From positions 1 through 50,795 of the forward strand of contig JAKLLR010000002.1 of the NCBI GenBank assembly GCA_022014175.1: 50,795 nt of DNA. Direction: 5' to 3'. This document shows, one piece after another, positions 1 through 10,555 of the stretch. A model generated the notes under the pieces. It saw nothing but the letters and a program-made list of their open reading frames with translations. It did not search any database and was not told where the DNA came from. This stretch comes from Gammaproteobacteria bacterium (GTDB lineage: Bacteria > Pseudomonadota > Gammaproteobacteria > Immundisolibacterales > JAKLLR01). Within the stretch, counting starts at the first letter, position 1. Every line of letters begins with the position of its first letter. The position numbers and the translations under genes are program-made.

Positions 1-1
1 C

Positions 2-646
2 GGGGTGCTGGAGGCGTTGTCCGGCACCTCGCTGCGGCGGTTTGATAAGGGGGGTGAGGCCTTTTACGATCAGATCTCTGCCCTGCATAAGGCGGTTCGG
101 GGCAGCAGTCCGGACGGGGCCCTCTACTGGTTTGCCCGGATGCTGGATGGGGGCTGTGAACCTCTCTATATCGGTCGGCGTCTGATTCGAATGGCCAGTG
201 AGGATATCGGTAACGCCGATCCCCGAGCCCTGCGGATGACGCTGGATGCCTGTGAGGCGTACGAACGACTCGGCTCGCCGGAAGGCGAACTGGCCCTGGC
301 TCAGGCGGTGGTTTTTCTGGCCTGTGCCGCCAAAAGTAATGCGGTCTACAGTGCCATGGGGGCGGCGATGGCGGACGCTAGAGGTAGCGCTTCAATGGAG
401 CCACCGCTGCACCTGCGCAACGCGCCTACCAGACTGATGAAGCAGCTGGACTACGGCAAGGGTTACCGTTATGCCCATGACGAGCCCGCCCGGTTTGCGG
501 CCGGCGAGAACTACTTTCCCGAGGAGATGGGGGCGCGGCAGTACTATCATCCGGTGGACGCCGGGCTCGAGATTCGTATCGGCGAGCGTCTGGCGGAGTT
601 GCGACGGCTGGATCAGGCCGCCCGCCAGGAGCAGGCCGACCGATGA
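2..646 (+). CDS. rarA: Replication-associated recombination protein A (RarA/MgsA), C-terminal part; the 5' end lies outside the window
   Basis: The frame is open from the window edge to TGA at 644-646. The translation carries MgsA C-terminal lid motifs (YDQISALHKAVRGSSPDGALYW, RRLIRMASEDIGNADP, NAPTRLMKQLDYGKGYRYAHD). Confidence 0.9.
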   Translation, partial: GVLEALSGTSLRRFDKGGEAFYDQISALHKAVRGSSPDGALYWFARMLDGGCEPLYIGRRLIRMASEDIGNADPRALRMTLDACEAYERLGSPEGELALAQAVVFLACAAKSNAVYSAMGAAMADARGSASMEPPLHLRNAPTRLMKQLDYGKGYRYAHDEPARFAAGENYFPEEMGARQYYHPVDAGLEIRIGERLAELRRLDQAARQEQADR

Positions 647-1017
647 TGAATCTGGTGGCCATTGCCACGGGTGGTGCCCTGGGTGCGTTGTTGCGTTACG
701 GCGCCTCTAATCTGGTCTATAGCTGGACCGGGCGGGCGTATCCATGGGGCACGCTGGCGGTGACTGGTTTGGGCTCGCTGCTGATGGGTTTTCTGTTTGT
801 GTTGCTGGTGCAGCGCTGGTCGGTGCCCGATGCGCTGCGGGGTCTGATCCTGGTCGGTTTGCTGGGTGGTTTTACCACCTTCTCAACCTTCTCGATGGAG
901 ACGGTGAATCTGTTACTGGGTGGCCGTTGGGCTGCCGCAATGTTGAACATGCTGGCCAGCGTTGTGCTCTGCGTCGCGGCGGCGGCACTGGGCGTGGCCG
1001 CATCCCGGCTGGTTTAG
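643..1017 (+). CDS. crcB: Fluoride ion channel CrcB/FluC
   Basis: 124 aa, four hydrophobic segments, GGALGALLRY N-terminus and GGFTTFSTFS motif typical of CrcB. The ATG at 643 overlaps the rarA TGA (ATGA). Confidence 0.9.
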   Translation: MMNLVAIATGGALGALLRYGASNLVYSWTGRAYPWGTLAVTGLGSLLMGFLFVLLVQRWSVPDALRGLILVGLLGGFTTFSTFSMETVNLLLGGRWAAAMLNMLASVVLCVAAAALGVAASRLV

Positions 1018-1040
1018 GCGCGGCGGCTCCGGGGTCATCG

Positions 1041-1628
1041 ATGTGGCGGCTCCTGCTTCTGGTGCTGATGCTGCTCGGTGCTCTCAACTGGTGGCGTTAC
1101 GAGCGCCCTGTCGATCCAGGGCCAGGGGTGCTGGCACCCGAGGTGCCACGGCAGAGAGTGTTGGTGAATGCAGCCCCGGTGAGGCTGAAGGGGTTCACCA
1201 TGATGCCTCTCGCCAGTTTTGCCCTGGATGCCCGGGTACTCTCCCGGGAGGATTATCATTGGGACACCGGTGCCCGGGTGTCGCCCACCGATCTGGTGCT
1301 CGGCTGGGGGCCGATGTCAGACGGGGCTGTGTTGGATCAGATTCGAATCAGCCAGCGTTCCCGCTGGTACCGCTGGCGGGTCAAGCAGTTTCCGATTCCC
1401 CAGCGGGCGATTGAGATCCACAGCGCCAATATGCACCTGATTCCTGCGGATGACGGCGTTCGCCGACGCATGCAGTCGATCCGGGTGGGGCAGGTGGTTT
1501 CGATTGAGGGGGCGCTGGTGGAGGTGAATGGCGAGGATGGCTGGCGCTGGCGCAGCTCCATGACCCGTAACGATGTGGGTGATGGAGCCTGTGAACTGAT
1601 TCTGGTGAAACAGATCCGGGTGCGCTGA
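1041..1628 (+). CDS. Hypothetical membrane-anchored protein (N-terminal hydrophobic helix, Trp/Arg-rich C-terminal domain)
   Basis: In-frame ATG at 1041 inside track ORF 744-1628; the upstream part overlaps crcB and is rejected. N-terminus is MWRLLLLVLMLLGALNWW. I recognise no family. Confidence 0.6.
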   Translation: MWRLLLLVLMLLGALNWWRYERPVDPGPGVLAPEVPRQRVLVNAAPVRLKGFTMMPLASFALDARVLSREDYHWDTGARVSPTDLVLGWGPMSDGAVLDQIRISQRSRWYRWRVKQFPIPQRAIEIHSANMHLIPADDGVRRRMQSIRVGQVVSIEGALVEVNGEDGWRWRSSMTRNDVGDGACELILVKQIRVR

Positions 1629-1633
1629 CTCCC

Positions 1634-3022
1634 CTAGCCGAATTTTTTCTTCAGGTGCTGGATATTCCGTTTACTGCGCTTCAGCTGCCGGTCGGTCAGC
1701 TTGTTACGGCGGTGGCGATAGGGATTGTCGCCCTGGCGCAAGGCGATTTCCAGGGGAGTGCCGTGCAGGCCAAAGGCTTCCCGGAACTGGTTCTCCAGAT
1801 AGCGCTTGTAGCTCCGATTAAGGGCGTCAACCTGATTGCCATGAATGATAATGGCGGGCGGGTTGCGACCCCCCTGATGGGCGTAGCGCAGTTTGATCCG
1901 GCGACCATGGTGTAGTGGCGGTGGGTGGTTTTTGGTGGCCCCTTCGAGTACCCGGCAGAGCTGGGGTGTGGGCAGTTCCACGGTGGCGCTGTCGTAGGCT
2001 TCCTGGACCGATTGCAGTAGCGGGTCGAGACCGGTGCCGTTGAGCGCGGAGATGAAATGGCGACGGACATAACCGAGAAACGGCAGCTTGCGGTCGAGGG
2101 CGGTGCGGATCACCTGCCGCTGATCGCCGGGGAGGTTGTCCCACTTGTTGATGGCCAGCACCAGCGCCCGGCCCCGTTCGAGAATGGTACCAAGCAGCCG
2201 CAGATCCTGGTCGGCGATCTCCTGGCGGGCATCCATCACCATGATGCAGACATTGGCATCATCTATTGAGCCTAATGTTTTGATAATGCTGAACTTTTCG
2301 ATAGTGTCGTCAACCCGCCCCCGGCGGCGGACCCCGGCGGTGTCAATCAGGGTCCAGGGTTTTCCATCCCGCTCAAAAGGAATATGAATGCTGTCCCGGG
2401 TGGTGCCGGGCTCATCGAAGGTAATCACCCGGGGGGCGCCGAAAATGGCGTTGATCAGAGTCGACTTGCCGACGTTGGGCCGCCCGACCACCGCAACTTT
2501 GAGGCCTTTTTCAGGGCGTGAATCCGGCTCATCCAGGGACACTGGCAGGGTTTCGAGGAGCAGGTTCCTGACGCCCTGGCCCTGTTGGCCCGAAATGGCG
2601 AGGGGTTCACCGAGTCCAAGACCATGGAACTCCGAAGTCACGATTTCAGGGACGCGCCCTTCAGCCTTGTTGACCAGTACCCGCACCGGTTTGCCAAGTC
2701 GGCGCAGCTGATCGGCGATCTCCTGATCCCCGGGGTGCAGGCCGACCTGACCATCTACCAGATAAAAAATGCTGTCAGCTTCGGCCAGGGCTGCCTGGGT
2801 CTGCTCCTCCATGACCGCATCAATGCCTTCGTGCTCGCCACTGAGGCCACCGGTATCGATCACAATGAAGTGCCGCTCTTCGAGTTTGGCGTAGCCAAAC
2901 TGCCGGTCCCGGGTCAAACCGGGGGTGTCGGCCACCAGGGCGTCCCGTCGATGGGTCAGCCGGTTAAACAGGGTGGATTTGCCCACGTTGGGGCGCCCGA
3001 CGAGGGCGATAACAGGCAGCAT
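1634..3022 (-). CDS. der: Ribosome-associated GTPase Der (EngA)
   Basis: Two tandem G domains (GRPNVGKSTLFNRL..DTGG..NKAE and GRPNVGKSTLINAI..DTAG..NKWD) plus a KH-like C-terminus. The true start is taken as ATG at 3022 (MLPVIALVGRPNVGKS); the track ORF is over-extended to 3481. Confidence 0.95.
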   Translation of the reverse strand: MLPVIALVGRPNVGKSTLFNRLTHRRDALVADTPGLTRDRQFGYAKLEERHFIVIDTGGLSGEHEGIDAVMEEQTQAALAEADSIFYLVDGQVGLHPGDQEIADQLRRLGKPVRVLVNKAEGRVPEIVTSEFHGLGLGEPLAISGQQGQGVRNLLLETLPVSLDEPDSRPEKGLKVAVVGRPNVGKSTLINAIFGAPRVITFDEPGTTRDSIHIPFERDGKPWTLIDTAGVRRRGRVDDTIEKFSIIKTLGSIDDANVCIMVMDARQEIADQDLRLLGTILERGRALVLAINKWDNLPGDQRQVIRTALDRKLPFLGYVRRHFISALNGTGLDPLLQSVQEAYDSATVELPTPQLCRVLEGATKNHPPPLHHGRRIKLRYAHQGGRNPPAIIIHGNQVDALNRSYKRYLENQFREAFGLHGTPLEIALRQGDNPYRHRRNKLTDRQLKRSKRNIQHLKKKFG

Positions 3023-3038
3023 AATTAGGGCTGGCCGG

Positions 3039-4274
3039 TTATTCGATGATCTGCATGGCCAGCAGGTCACCGTCGGTGGTAGTGGCGTAGAGGGTGTCGT
3101 CGGTAGCCTGCAACCAGATGATCGGCTCGCTGGCGATGCGGCTGCGGCCGGTGATGGTGCCAGTGTCCGGTGAGAGCAGATGGATGTACCCCTCGAAATC
3201 CCCCACTGCGAGCAGTTCGCCAATGATCGCACCGCCGGTGAGCTGACGGTAGGCCAGGGCGTTCTGTTGCCAGTAGGTTGAGCCGGTGCGGCGATCCAGT
3301 GCCCAGATGTGGCTGTCGGTATCGGTGACGTAGAGTGCGGTGTAGTCGGCCACCAGATCCGCATGGACGGACATCTCCCGGGCCCAGAGAATCTCTCCGG
3401 AGCTCTCCCCAACGCTGGCGACCCGTCCCTGAAAGGAGGCGGCGAAGATGGTGCCGTCTGAAACCAGCGGGGCGATATCAATATCGATCATCCGCTCCAG
3501 CTCGGTCCGCCCTCTGGCAAGACCGACGGCGGCTTCCCAGCGAATCTGGCCGGATGAGATGTTTACGGATAGCAGTTTGCCATTGGCGAACCCGGTGATG
3601 ATGTCACTACCCGCAGCCACCGGGCGGGCGGTACCCCGCAGGGTCAACACCGGGGGTTCCTGTCGGATCAGCCACTGCTCTTCGCCGCTCTCTGCGCCGA
3701 AAGCACGCAGTTGCCCGTCGATGGTCTGCACCAGAATCCGGCCGTTGCTCAGGGCCGGCGGACTAAGGGACTCGGTACCGAGTTCCGCCCGCCAGAGGGT
3801 TTTTCCGGTTTCACCATCCAGGGCGATGAGCTCGCCCTCGTGGGTGGTTACCGCGACCCGGCCTTCGCCAGCCCCGGCACCGCTGGTGATCTTCTGGCCC
3901 AGGTTAACCCGCCAGCGCGGCTTGCCGGAGGCCAGATCATACACCGCAACCTGGCCATCGCTGCCAGCGGTATAGATGCCATCGGCGAGCAGGGTGGGGT
4001 GCAGTTTCAGCGCCAGTTTGCTGCCTCCGCTGCCGATGTTCTGTCGCCACAGTCTCTTCAGGCCGATGGAGGATTCAAGCCCTTCCAGTTCGGTTGGAAG
4101 GTTAACCGGATCATCCCGGGTCAGGGTCTCGTAGGCCCAGACGCCGCCATCGTTAACCGCATCGACGGCGCTGCCGCCGACCCGACCCAGGGTGCTGCAG
4201 CCGGCCAGGAGCAGGCCGGTCAGCAGGGCAGTGGTGGCATAGCCAAGTCTGGATGGCGCCCCTCTAGTTGGCAT
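3039..4274 (-). CDS. bamB: Outer membrane protein assembly factor BamB (lipoprotein, beta-propeller)
   Basis: Lipobox LLLAGCS after a basic N-terminus, repeated propeller-blade pattern (..DG.vyA.d..tG..lW), and the conserved position between yfgM and der. Confidence 0.9.
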   Translation of the reverse strand: MPTRGAPSRLGYATTALLTGLLLAGCSTLGRVGGSAVDAVNDGGVWAYETLTRDDPVNLPTELEGLESSIGLKRLWRQNIGSGGSKLALKLHPTLLADGIYTAGSDGQVAVYDLASGKPRWRVNLGQKITSGAGAGEGRVAVTTHEGELIALDGETGKTLWRAELGTESLSPPALSNGRILVQTIDGQLRAFGAESGEEQWLIRQEPPVLTLRGTARPVAAGSDIITGFANGKLLSVNISSGQIRWEAAVGLARGRTELERMIDIDIAPLVSDGTIFAASFQGRVASVGESSGEILWAREMSVHADLVADYTALYVTDTDSHIWALDRRTGSTYWQQNALAYRQLTGGAIIGELLAVGDFEGYIHLLSPDTGTITGRSRIASEPIIWLQATDDTLYATTTDGDLLAMQIIE

Positions 4275-4920
4275 TGGGGGTTTCCTCGGCGCTCAGACCA
4301 AGGTCGTCCAGCTTCATCTGGTTCAGATCAAAACTGCCGAGCCGAATCCGGCCGCCACTGGCGAGTGTTCGCCGGTAGGCTGCCCGAGCGCCATCCAGGT
4401 TCCCCTGGGCGGCTAACAGATCGCCTTCCAGTTCGCTCCAGCTGGCACTGCGTGCGCTTTCCGGAATCTGATCCAGCAGCTCCCGGCTGGTTTCGAGCTC
4501 TCCCCGGGCAAGTTGCCAGCGGGCCAGGCGTAGCTGGGCGAGGGTTGTCAGGGCCGGGTCACTGCTGTTGTCGATAACCCAGTTGAGGTGAGTCTCTGTC
4601 GCATCATCATCCCGCTCCGCTGCGAGCCTGGCCATCAGCAGCGCGGTGACCGGACCGTAAGCAGTGCCGCCATATTGGGTTAGCAGTTGATCTCCAGCCC
4701 GGACTGCCTGCTCCAGCTGCTCTGACTGAATGGCAGTTTGCAGCTCGTTATAGAGGGCTGAGGCGGCTCCGGCCTTGTTGGATTCGAGTTTCTGCCAACT
4801 CTGGATACCCACTACGCCGACGACAATCAGGCCGATGCCCGCGAGTAGGGTGCGGCTGTTGGCTCGCCACCAGTCACGCAGAGCCTCTACCCGTTCTTCT
4901 TCAATGCTGTCCATATTCAC
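4264..4920 (-). CDS. yfgM: YfgM-family ancillary SecYEG translocon subunit (TPR-like membrane protein)
   Basis: 218 aa with one N-terminal TM (LLAGIGLIVVGVVGI) followed by a helical TPR-like region. Conserved hisS-yfgM-bamB-der context; the stop overlaps the bamB start by 11 nt. Confidence 0.75.
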   Translation of the reverse strand: MNMDSIEEERVEALRDWWRANSRTLLAGIGLIVVGVVGIQSWQKLESNKAGAASALYNELQTAIQSEQLEQAVRAGDQLLTQYGGTAYGPVTALLMARLAAERDDDATETHLNWVIDNSSDPALTTLAQLRLARWQLARGELETSRELLDQIPESARSASWSELEGDLLAAQGNLDGARAAYRRTLASGGRIRLGSFDLNQMKLDDLGLSAEETPNAN

Positions 4921-4933
4921 GATTTAGCGTCCG

Positions 4934-6235
4934 TCAGTCTATTCGGTTATTCGGGGATGGGGAGGCGAGCAGTTTACCCAGTTCGGTGGGTAAATCCTGT
5001 TGTGAAATCATCAACTGTGCCCGGGAGTCCCGCAGGAATTTGACTTGTACATTCTGTTGTTCAATCTCATCCGGACCGAGGATGAGGGCGAGCCGGGCGC
5101 CGGATCTGTCTGCCCGTTTGATCTGTTTGCCCAGCGCGCCGCCACCGCAGTTGAGCAGGATTGCAGTGTCCGGATTCTGCTCTCTGCACCGTTCTGCCAG
5201 GCCCATGGCCAGGCCGGTGGCATCGCTATCGGTGACCGCCAGATAGACATCCGCCTGAGACCCAGTATCGGCGGTCTCATCCTCTTCCTGCAGCAGTGCA
5301 ACAAGCCGCTCCAGACCCATGGCAAAACCGATGGCGGGGGTCTCCCTGCCGCCGAGCTGGGCCACCAGGCCGTCGTAGCGACCACCTGCGCAGACTGCGC
5401 TCTGGGCTCCCAGCCGATCCGTCACCCACTCGAAAACGGTGTGGCTGTAGTAGTCCAGACCCCGTACCAGTCGGGGATTGATGCGGTAGCGGATATCGGC
5501 CTGATCGAGCAGCCCGCAGAGCTGTTCGAAATGGCCCCGGGAGTCGCTGCCGAGGTGGTCCAGCAGTGCCGGTGCACCAGCGATCAGTTCAGCGATGTCG
5601 GGATTCTTGCTGTCGAGCACTCGCAACGGATTACGTGTCAGCCGGTCTCTGCTCTCGTCATCCAGTTGCTGGTGATGGGCCTGTAGATAGTTGATCAACT
5701 CCAGCCGGTAGCGTCCCCGCTCTTCCGCCGTGCCCAGGGTGTTGAGCTCCAGGCTCAGGTGGCCAATGCCTAGCGCCTTCCAGAAGCGGGCGCTGATCAT
5801 AATCAGTTCCGCATCAATATCCGGCCCGGCGAAACCAAAGGCCTCCACCCCGACCTGGTGGAACTGGCGATAGCGTCCTTTTTGAGGCCGTTCGTGCCGA
5901 AACATCGGACCCCGATACCAGAGCCGCTGGGTCTGATTGTGTAACAGGCCCTGTTCGATGCCAGCGCGGACGCAACCGGCGGTGCCTTCCGGGCGCAGGG
6001 TAAGGCTGTCACCGTTGCGATCCTCGAAGGTGTACATCTCTTTTTCGACGATGTCGGTGACTTCGCCGATGGTGCGCTTGAATAGCTCGGTTTTTTCCAC
6101 GATCGGCAGTCGGATCTCGCCGTAGCCATAGCTGTGCAAAACCCGGGTCAGGGTGCTTTCGAGCTGCTGCCACAGCGGCGTTTGATCCGGCAGGATGTCG
6201 TTCATCCCCCGGATGGCTTGGAGTTTCGTAGACAT
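4934..6235 (-). CDS. hisS: Histidine--tRNA ligase
   Basis: [11 protein letters not shown]-terminus, class II motif 2 ([17 protein letters not shown]), motif 3 region (GGRYDGLV), and a C-terminal anticodon-binding domain. Confidence 0.96.
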   Translation of the reverse strand: MSTKLQAIRGMNDILPDQTPLWQQLESTLTRVLHSYGYGEIRLPIVEKTELFKRTIGEVTDIVEKEMYTFEDRNGDSLTLRPEGTAGCVRAGIEQGLLHNQTQRLWYRGPMFRHERPQKGRYRQFHQVGVEAFGFAGPDIDAELIMISARFWKALGIGHLSLELNTLGTAEERGRYRLELINYLQAHHQQLDDESRDRLTRNPLRVLDSKNPDIAELIAGAPALLDHLGSDSRGHFEQLCGLLDQADIRYRINPRLVRGLDYYSHTVFEWVTDRLGAQSAVCAGGRYDGLVAQLGGRETPAIGFAMGLERLVALLQEEDETADTGSQADVYLAVTDSDATGLAMGLAERCREQNPDTAILLNCGGGALGKQIKRADRSGARLALILGPDEIEQQNVQVKFLRDSRAQLMISQQDLPTELGKLLASPSPNNRID

Positions 6236-6259
6236 GGGCGTCAGGTGTCAGGCGGACCG

Positions 6260-7360
6260 CTATAGCCCGGCTTCGGGTGTGTGGTTCTGCTTTGCCGCCA
6301 GTTTTTCCCGGATGCTGTTTTCGAGCTGATCGACGATCTCGCCATTGTTCAGTTTACGGGCGGGTTTGCCGTCGAGGTAGAGCAGATTAGGTTGGCCGCC
6401 GGTGAGGCCCACTGCGGTGTGACGGGCTTCGCCAGGGCCGTTGACCACACAGCCGATGACCGAGACATCAATGGGTTCGATGATATCTTCAAGCCGGGAT
6501 TCCAGCTCGTTGACCACGGCGATGACATCGAAGTTCTGCCGTGAGCAGGAGGGGCAGGCGATCAGATTGACCCCCTTGTTGCGCAGACCCAGGCTCCGCA
6601 GGATGTCGAATCCGACCTTGACCTCCTCCACCGGGTCAGCAGCGAGGGAGACCCGCAGGGTATCACCGATGCCCTCCGCCAGTAGCAGGCCGAGGCCGAT
6701 TGAGGACTTCACTGTGCCACTGCGCAGACCACCAGCTTCGGTGATGCCGAGGTGCAGCGGCTGTTCGATCTGGCTCGCCAGTTCACGATAGGCGTCCACC
6801 GTGGTGAAGATGTCCGAGGCCTTCAGGCTGACTTTGAAATTGGGGTAGTCGAGCTGATCCAGAATGTCGATATGGCGCAGGGCGGATTCAACCAGGGCGG
6901 CGCCGGTGGGCTCCCTGTATTTGCGTAGAAGATCTTTCTCCAGAGATCCCGCATTCACCCCGATACGAATCGGGATATTCTGCTCCCGGGCGGCGGAAAT
7001 GACCGCTTCGACCCGGTCTGCCCGGCCGATATTGCCGGGATTGATGCGCAGGCAGTCGACCCCAAGCTCTGCCACTCGCAGGGCGATGCGGTGGTCAAAG
7101 TGGATGTCCGCAATCAGCGGCACTGCCACAGCCTGACGGATCGCACCGAAGGCCTCTGCGGCATCCATGCTCGGGACGGAAACCCGCACCATATCTGCAC
7201 CGGCAGCGCTCAATTGGCGGATCTGGCCAACCGTGGCGGCGACGTCACAGGTTTCGGTATTGGTCATGCTCTGCACCGAAATCGGTGCGTCGCCACCAAC
7301 GGTGACCGAGCCGACCTGAACCGGGCGGCTGACTCGGCGAGTGATGGCCAATGGACTCAT
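6260..7360 (-). CDS. ispG: 4-hydroxy-3-methylbut-2-en-1-yl diphosphate synthase (flavodoxin) IspG/GcpE
   Basis: 366 aa with typical IspG motifs ([15 protein letters not shown], cluster cysteines in CPSCSR and GCVVNGPGE). The ATG at 7360 overlaps the rodZ stop (ATGA). Confidence 0.96.
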   Translation of the reverse strand: MSPLAITRRVSRPVQVGSVTVGGDAPISVQSMTNTETCDVAATVGQIRQLSAAGADMVRVSVPSMDAAEAFGAIRQAVAVPLIADIHFDHRIALRVAELGVDCLRINPGNIGRADRVEAVISAAREQNIPIRIGVNAGSLEKDLLRKYREPTGAALVESALRHIDILDQLDYPNFKVSLKASDIFTTVDAYRELASQIEQPLHLGITEAGGLRSGTVKSSIGLGLLLAEGIGDTLRVSLAADPVEEVKVGFDILRSLGLRNKGVNLIACPSCSRQNFDVIAVVNELESRLEDIIEPIDVSVIGCVVNGPGEARHTAVGLTGGQPNLLYLDGKPARKLNNGEIVDQLENSIREKLAAKQNHTPEAGL

Positions 7361-7836
7361 CGGGGGGTGTCCAGGTCGATAATCTGGCTATTCGGGGTAG
7401 TTTCTGAGGTTGTATTGTCACGGCTCAGCCAGCCCTGGGTAAAGGCGAACCAGAGGGCGCCACCCAGAAGCAGGGCCAATAGCAGCGCGATCCACCGGCC
7501 AATGTGTGGCTCGCTGCGCTCGAAACGGCTACCGTAACTGCGGATTTCAGGGATGTTCCTGGTGTGATCGGCATCGTCGAGGTGGGTCAGTATTAAGGCC
7601 TCGGAAACATTCACCAGGCGGGCGTAATTGCGCAGGTAACCCCGGGTGTAAGCCGGCGCGGCAAAGGAGTGGTAGTCGTCCCGCTCAAGTGCTTCAACTG
7701 CGGTGGTGCTGAGCCGCAGCGAGCCGGCGACTTCCGCCAGATCGAGTTCCAGACGCTCCCTGGCCTGACGCAGCCGCTGGCCGGGAGTGACACCGGTGTT
7801 CCGGGTGGTTTCCGGCTCGACCGGTGGTGTGGTCAC
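7357..7836 (-). CDS. rodZ: RodZ-like cytoskeleton protein, short form (HTH + single TM, no periplasmic domain)
   Basis: XRE-type HTH ([33 protein letters not shown]), TM helix ([18 protein letters not shown]), and the conserved pilW-rodZ-ispG position. GTG start at 7836 overlaps the pilW stop. Confidence 0.7.
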   Translation of the reverse strand: MTTPPVEPETTRNTGVTPGQRLRQARERLELDLAEVAGSLRLSTTAVEALERDDYHSFAAPAYTRGYLRNYARLVNVSEALILTHLDDADHTRNIPEIRSYGSRFERSEPHIGRWIALLLALLLGGALWFAFTQGWLSRDNTTSETTPNSQIIDLDTPR

Positions 7837-8675
7837 GGTTTGCTGCCCCCAACCCCACCGGTGGTCAGACTGCGATGCAACAGCTTCAGGCTCGAGTAGG
7901 CGTTGTTGTTTCCCCGGGCCTGTTCGATCTCCATTCCGATCTCGACACTCTCCAGGGTATGTTGTGCCATTTTTTTAAATTGCCGGTAGTGGTCGTTGGC
8001 AGCCTCGATATCGCCGCGGTCAAGATTGATCCGGGCGAGCTGCAGGTGGGCGGTGGGCTGCCGACGGTAGAGCTGTAGCGAGCTGCGAAAATAGCGCTCC
8101 GCGGCTGCGAGATCCGGCTTTTTCATGGCGCAGAGCCCGGCATTGGTGTAGGCCAGAAACGGGGTGGAGTAGAGTGGGTTGGCGATTGCGCAGTCGAAAT
8201 GCTGTTGCGCCAGATCAAGCTGGTTGCGGCTGCAGAGATAGATGCCGTAATTGTTGTGGATCTCCGGGTCCGCCGGGTCGAGCCGCAGAGCCTGGTGGTA
8301 GGATTTCTCAGCCAGCGCCTGGTCGCCGAGGCGTAGATGGAGCAGAGCCATGGCGTTGTGAATTTTGGCGTAATTCGGCTCAAGTTCGCGGGCCAGTTTC
8401 AGCTCCTCCGCGGCAATCTCAAGGGCACTTTCCTGCATATAACCGACGCCGAGATCAAGATGGATCCGGGCCAGCTTCTCCTGCTGGGTCGGTGCACTGG
8501 GGGTTGAACTCAGGGGTGTCTTCCAGCAGCTGTTCTCATCCACTCCAATGAACCCGCCGGTGCTGGTGGCATGTGTGTCAGAGGCACGGTTGTAGTTGCC
8601 GGAGCCGGTATTGGCACAGCCTGAAAGGATGCTCAGGGCGACAGACGCGAGCAGCAGGGTTGCGGTTCTGGTCAT
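7833..8675 (-). CDS. pilW: Type IV pilus biogenesis/stability lipoprotein PilW (PilF-type TPR protein)
   Basis: Lipobox LSGCAN, several TPR repeats, and the conserved rlmN-pilW-rodZ position. Confidence 0.75.
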   Translation of the reverse strand: MTRTATLLLASVALSILSGCANTGSGNYNRASDTHATSTGGFIGVDENSCWKTPLSSTPSAPTQQEKLARIHLDLGVGYMQESALEIAAEELKLARELEPNYAKIHNAMALLHLRLGDQALAEKSYHQALRLDPADPEIHNNYGIYLCSRNQLDLAQQHFDCAIANPLYSTPFLAYTNAGLCAMKKPDLAAAERYFRSSLQLYRRQPTAHLQLARINLDRGDIEAANDHYRQFKKMAQHTLESVEIGMEIEQARGNNNAYSSLKLLHRSLTTGGVGGSKP

Positions 8676-9769
8676 GCGCTCTGTTCCCCCTGCCAGCGGG
8701 CCACCCGGCGGGAGCGGTCATCCACCTGTCCGGCCAGCTGACCACAGGCTGCGGCGATATCATCTCCCCGGGTTTTGCGGGTGGTGGTGACATAACCCCT
8801 GTCCCTCAATATCCTGGAGAAGCGGCTGATTGTGGCTGGATCAGAGCACTCATAGGGGGCGCCAGGAAAAGGGTTGAAGGGGATCAAATTGAGCTTGCAG
8901 GGCAGATCCCCGAGTAGACGAGCCAGAGCTCTGGCCTGTTCCGGGCTGTCATTGATGCCAGCGAGCATGGTGTACTCAAAAGTGATGGAGTGGCGGCGGT
9001 CGGCATCCACATAACGATGGCAGGCGGCCATTAACTCCGATAGCGGGTATTTCTGGTTAATCGGCATCAACTTATCCCGCAGGCTCTCTTCCGGGGCGTG
9101 CAGCGAGACGGCAAGAGCTACCTGGCGTCGCTCCCGCAGACGGTCAATGTAGGGCACCACCCCGGATGTGCTGACCGTTACCCGCCATTTCGACAGGCCG
9201 TAGGTGAGGTCGTCCAGCATCAGATCAATGGCGCTGACCAGGTTGTCGAAATTCAATAATGGTTCGCCCATGCCCATGAACACCACGTTGGTGATGGGTC
9301 GGTCGCGGCCGGTTTCACGCATCAGTTCGTGCTGGGCATGCCAGAGCTGAATCAGTATCTCGCCGCTGCTGAGGTTGCGGTTGAAACCCTGGCGGCCGGT
9401 GGCACAGAAGCTGCAGGTCAGCGAGCAGCCCACCTGGCTGGAGACACAGAGGGTGCCGCGCTCCCCCTCGGGGATGTAAACCGTCTCTACGCCATTGCCA
9501 GCGCCGACGTCGAGCAGCCATTTGCGGGTGCCATCGGTTGAGACCTGGGTTGAGATGACTCGGGGCGGGGTAAATTCTGCCTCGTCCGCCAGAGCGGTGC
9601 GCAATTTCTGGGAGAGGTTGGTCATCTGCTCAAAATCGGTTACGCCGTGGCGGTGGACCCATTGCAGAACCTGAGATGCACGAAAGCCTTTTTCACCGCG
9701 GTCGGCGAAAAAGGCTTCAAGTCCTGCCCGGTCAAAGTCGAGCAGATTGGTTCTTTCGGTTTGACTCAA
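8672..9769 (-). CDS. rlmN: 23S rRNA/tRNA adenine-C2 methyltransferase RlmN (radical SAM)
   Basis: Radical SAM CxxxCxxC ([12 protein letters not shown]) and a C-terminal catalytic Cys region ([10 protein letters not shown]). The start appears to be TTG at 9769, since no nearby in-frame ATG exists. Confidence 0.94.
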   Translation of the reverse strand: MSQTERTNLLDFDRAGLEAFFADRGEKGFRASQVLQWVHRHGVTDFEQMTNLSQKLRTALADEAEFTPPRVISTQVSTDGTRKWLLDVGAGNGVETVYIPEGERGTLCVSSQVGCSLTCSFCATGRQGFNRNLSSGEILIQLWHAQHELMRETGRDRPITNVVFMGMGEPLLNFDNLVSAIDLMLDDLTYGLSKWRVTVSTSGVVPYIDRLRERRQVALAVSLHAPEESLRDKLMPINQKYPLSELMAACHRYVDADRRHSITFEYTMLAGINDSPEQARALARLLGDLPCKLNLIPFNPFPGAPYECSDPATISRFSRILRDRGYVTTTRKTRGDDIAAACGQLAGQVDDRSRRVARWQGEQSA

Positions 9770-9772
9770 GTG

Positions 9773-10210
9773 TCAGCCGTTACGGGTTCTGGGGCAGAGC
9801 TCCAGGTCGCTGAAAAAAAAGCCGATCTCCCGGGCTGCGGTGTCTGTCGCATCGGAGCCGTGAACGGCATTTTCGTCGATGCTACTGGCGAAATCGGCGC
9901 GAATGGTGCCGGCAGCGGCCTCCGCCGGATTGGTTGCACCCATCACATCCCGGTGGTGCAGCACTGCATTTTCGCCTTCCAGCACCTGCACCATGACTGG
10001 ACCGGAGATCATAAAATCGACCAGATCGGCGAAGAAGGGGCGTTCAGCGTGGACGGCGTAAAAAGCTTCGGCCTGGCCCTGGCTCAGGTGCATCATGCGT
10101 GCTGCAACGATGTTCAGGCCAGCAGATTCAAAACGGCTGTAGATCTGGCCAATCAGGTTTTTGCCAACGGCGTCTGGTTTGATAATTGAAAGGGTCCGTT
10201 CGAGGGCCAT
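9773..10210 (-). CDS. ndk: Nucleoside diphosphate kinase
   Basis: [16 protein letters not shown]-terminus and the active-site NAVHGSD motif. Confidence 0.97.
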   Translation of the reverse strand: MALERTLSIIKPDAVGKNLIGQIYSRFESAGLNIVAARMMHLSQGQAEAFYAVHAERPFFADLVDFMISGPVMVQVLEGENAVLHHRDVMGATNPAEAAAGTIRADFASSIDENAVHGSDATDTAAREIGFFFSDLELCPRTRNG

Positions 10211-10330
10211 GGTTATATGCTCAATCCTTAAAATGGGAATTCGGGGCTGGTGAGAGAGGGGATCAGTCGATCCCGGATGTTATCGACCAGATCTGTGGAC
10301 TAGCGCTACCGTAACAGCGACCGGCGTATT

Positions 10331-10531
10331 TTAGCTGGCTTCGTCTATCCAGGCTATCTGGATCGCTTCCAGAATCTTTTCCCCGCAATGTGCGGGGTCA
10401 TCATCGAATTCGTCGAGTTGCTGCACCCAGTCTCTGAGGTCGGTAAACCGCACCAGTTGCGGGTCAACCTCGGGGTGGCTGTCGCAGAGTTGAATGGCAA
10501 TTTCCAGGGTGTCGGTCCATTTCAGGCTCAT
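10331..10531 (-). CDS. iscX: Fe-S cluster assembly protein IscX (YfhJ)
   Basis: 66 aa acidic protein (MSLKWTDTLEIAIQLCDSHPEVDP...) located directly downstream of fdx, as in the isc operon. Confidence 0.85.
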   Translation of the reverse strand: MSLKWTDTLEIAIQLCDSHPEVDPQLVRFTDLRDWVQQLDEFDDDPAHCGEKILEAIQIAWIDEAS

Positions 10532-10555
10532 AACTGTATCTCCGGTGGCAACGGC

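Noticed and set aside
643-646. Looked for a fluoride (crcB-motif) riboswitch upstream of crcB
   Set aside because: The crcB ATG overlaps the rarA stop codon, so there is no leader in which a riboswitch could reside.
744-1040. Upstream part of track ORF 744-1628
   Set aside because: It lies entirely inside crcB in another frame. The hydrophobic N-terminus that follows ATG 1041 is a natural start.
3023-3481. 153-codon N-terminal extension of the der ORF in the track
   Set aside because: It overlaps bamB on the same strand in another frame, and its translation is Pro/Ser/Thr-rich and low-complexity. The Der G1 motif begins right after the ATG at 3022.
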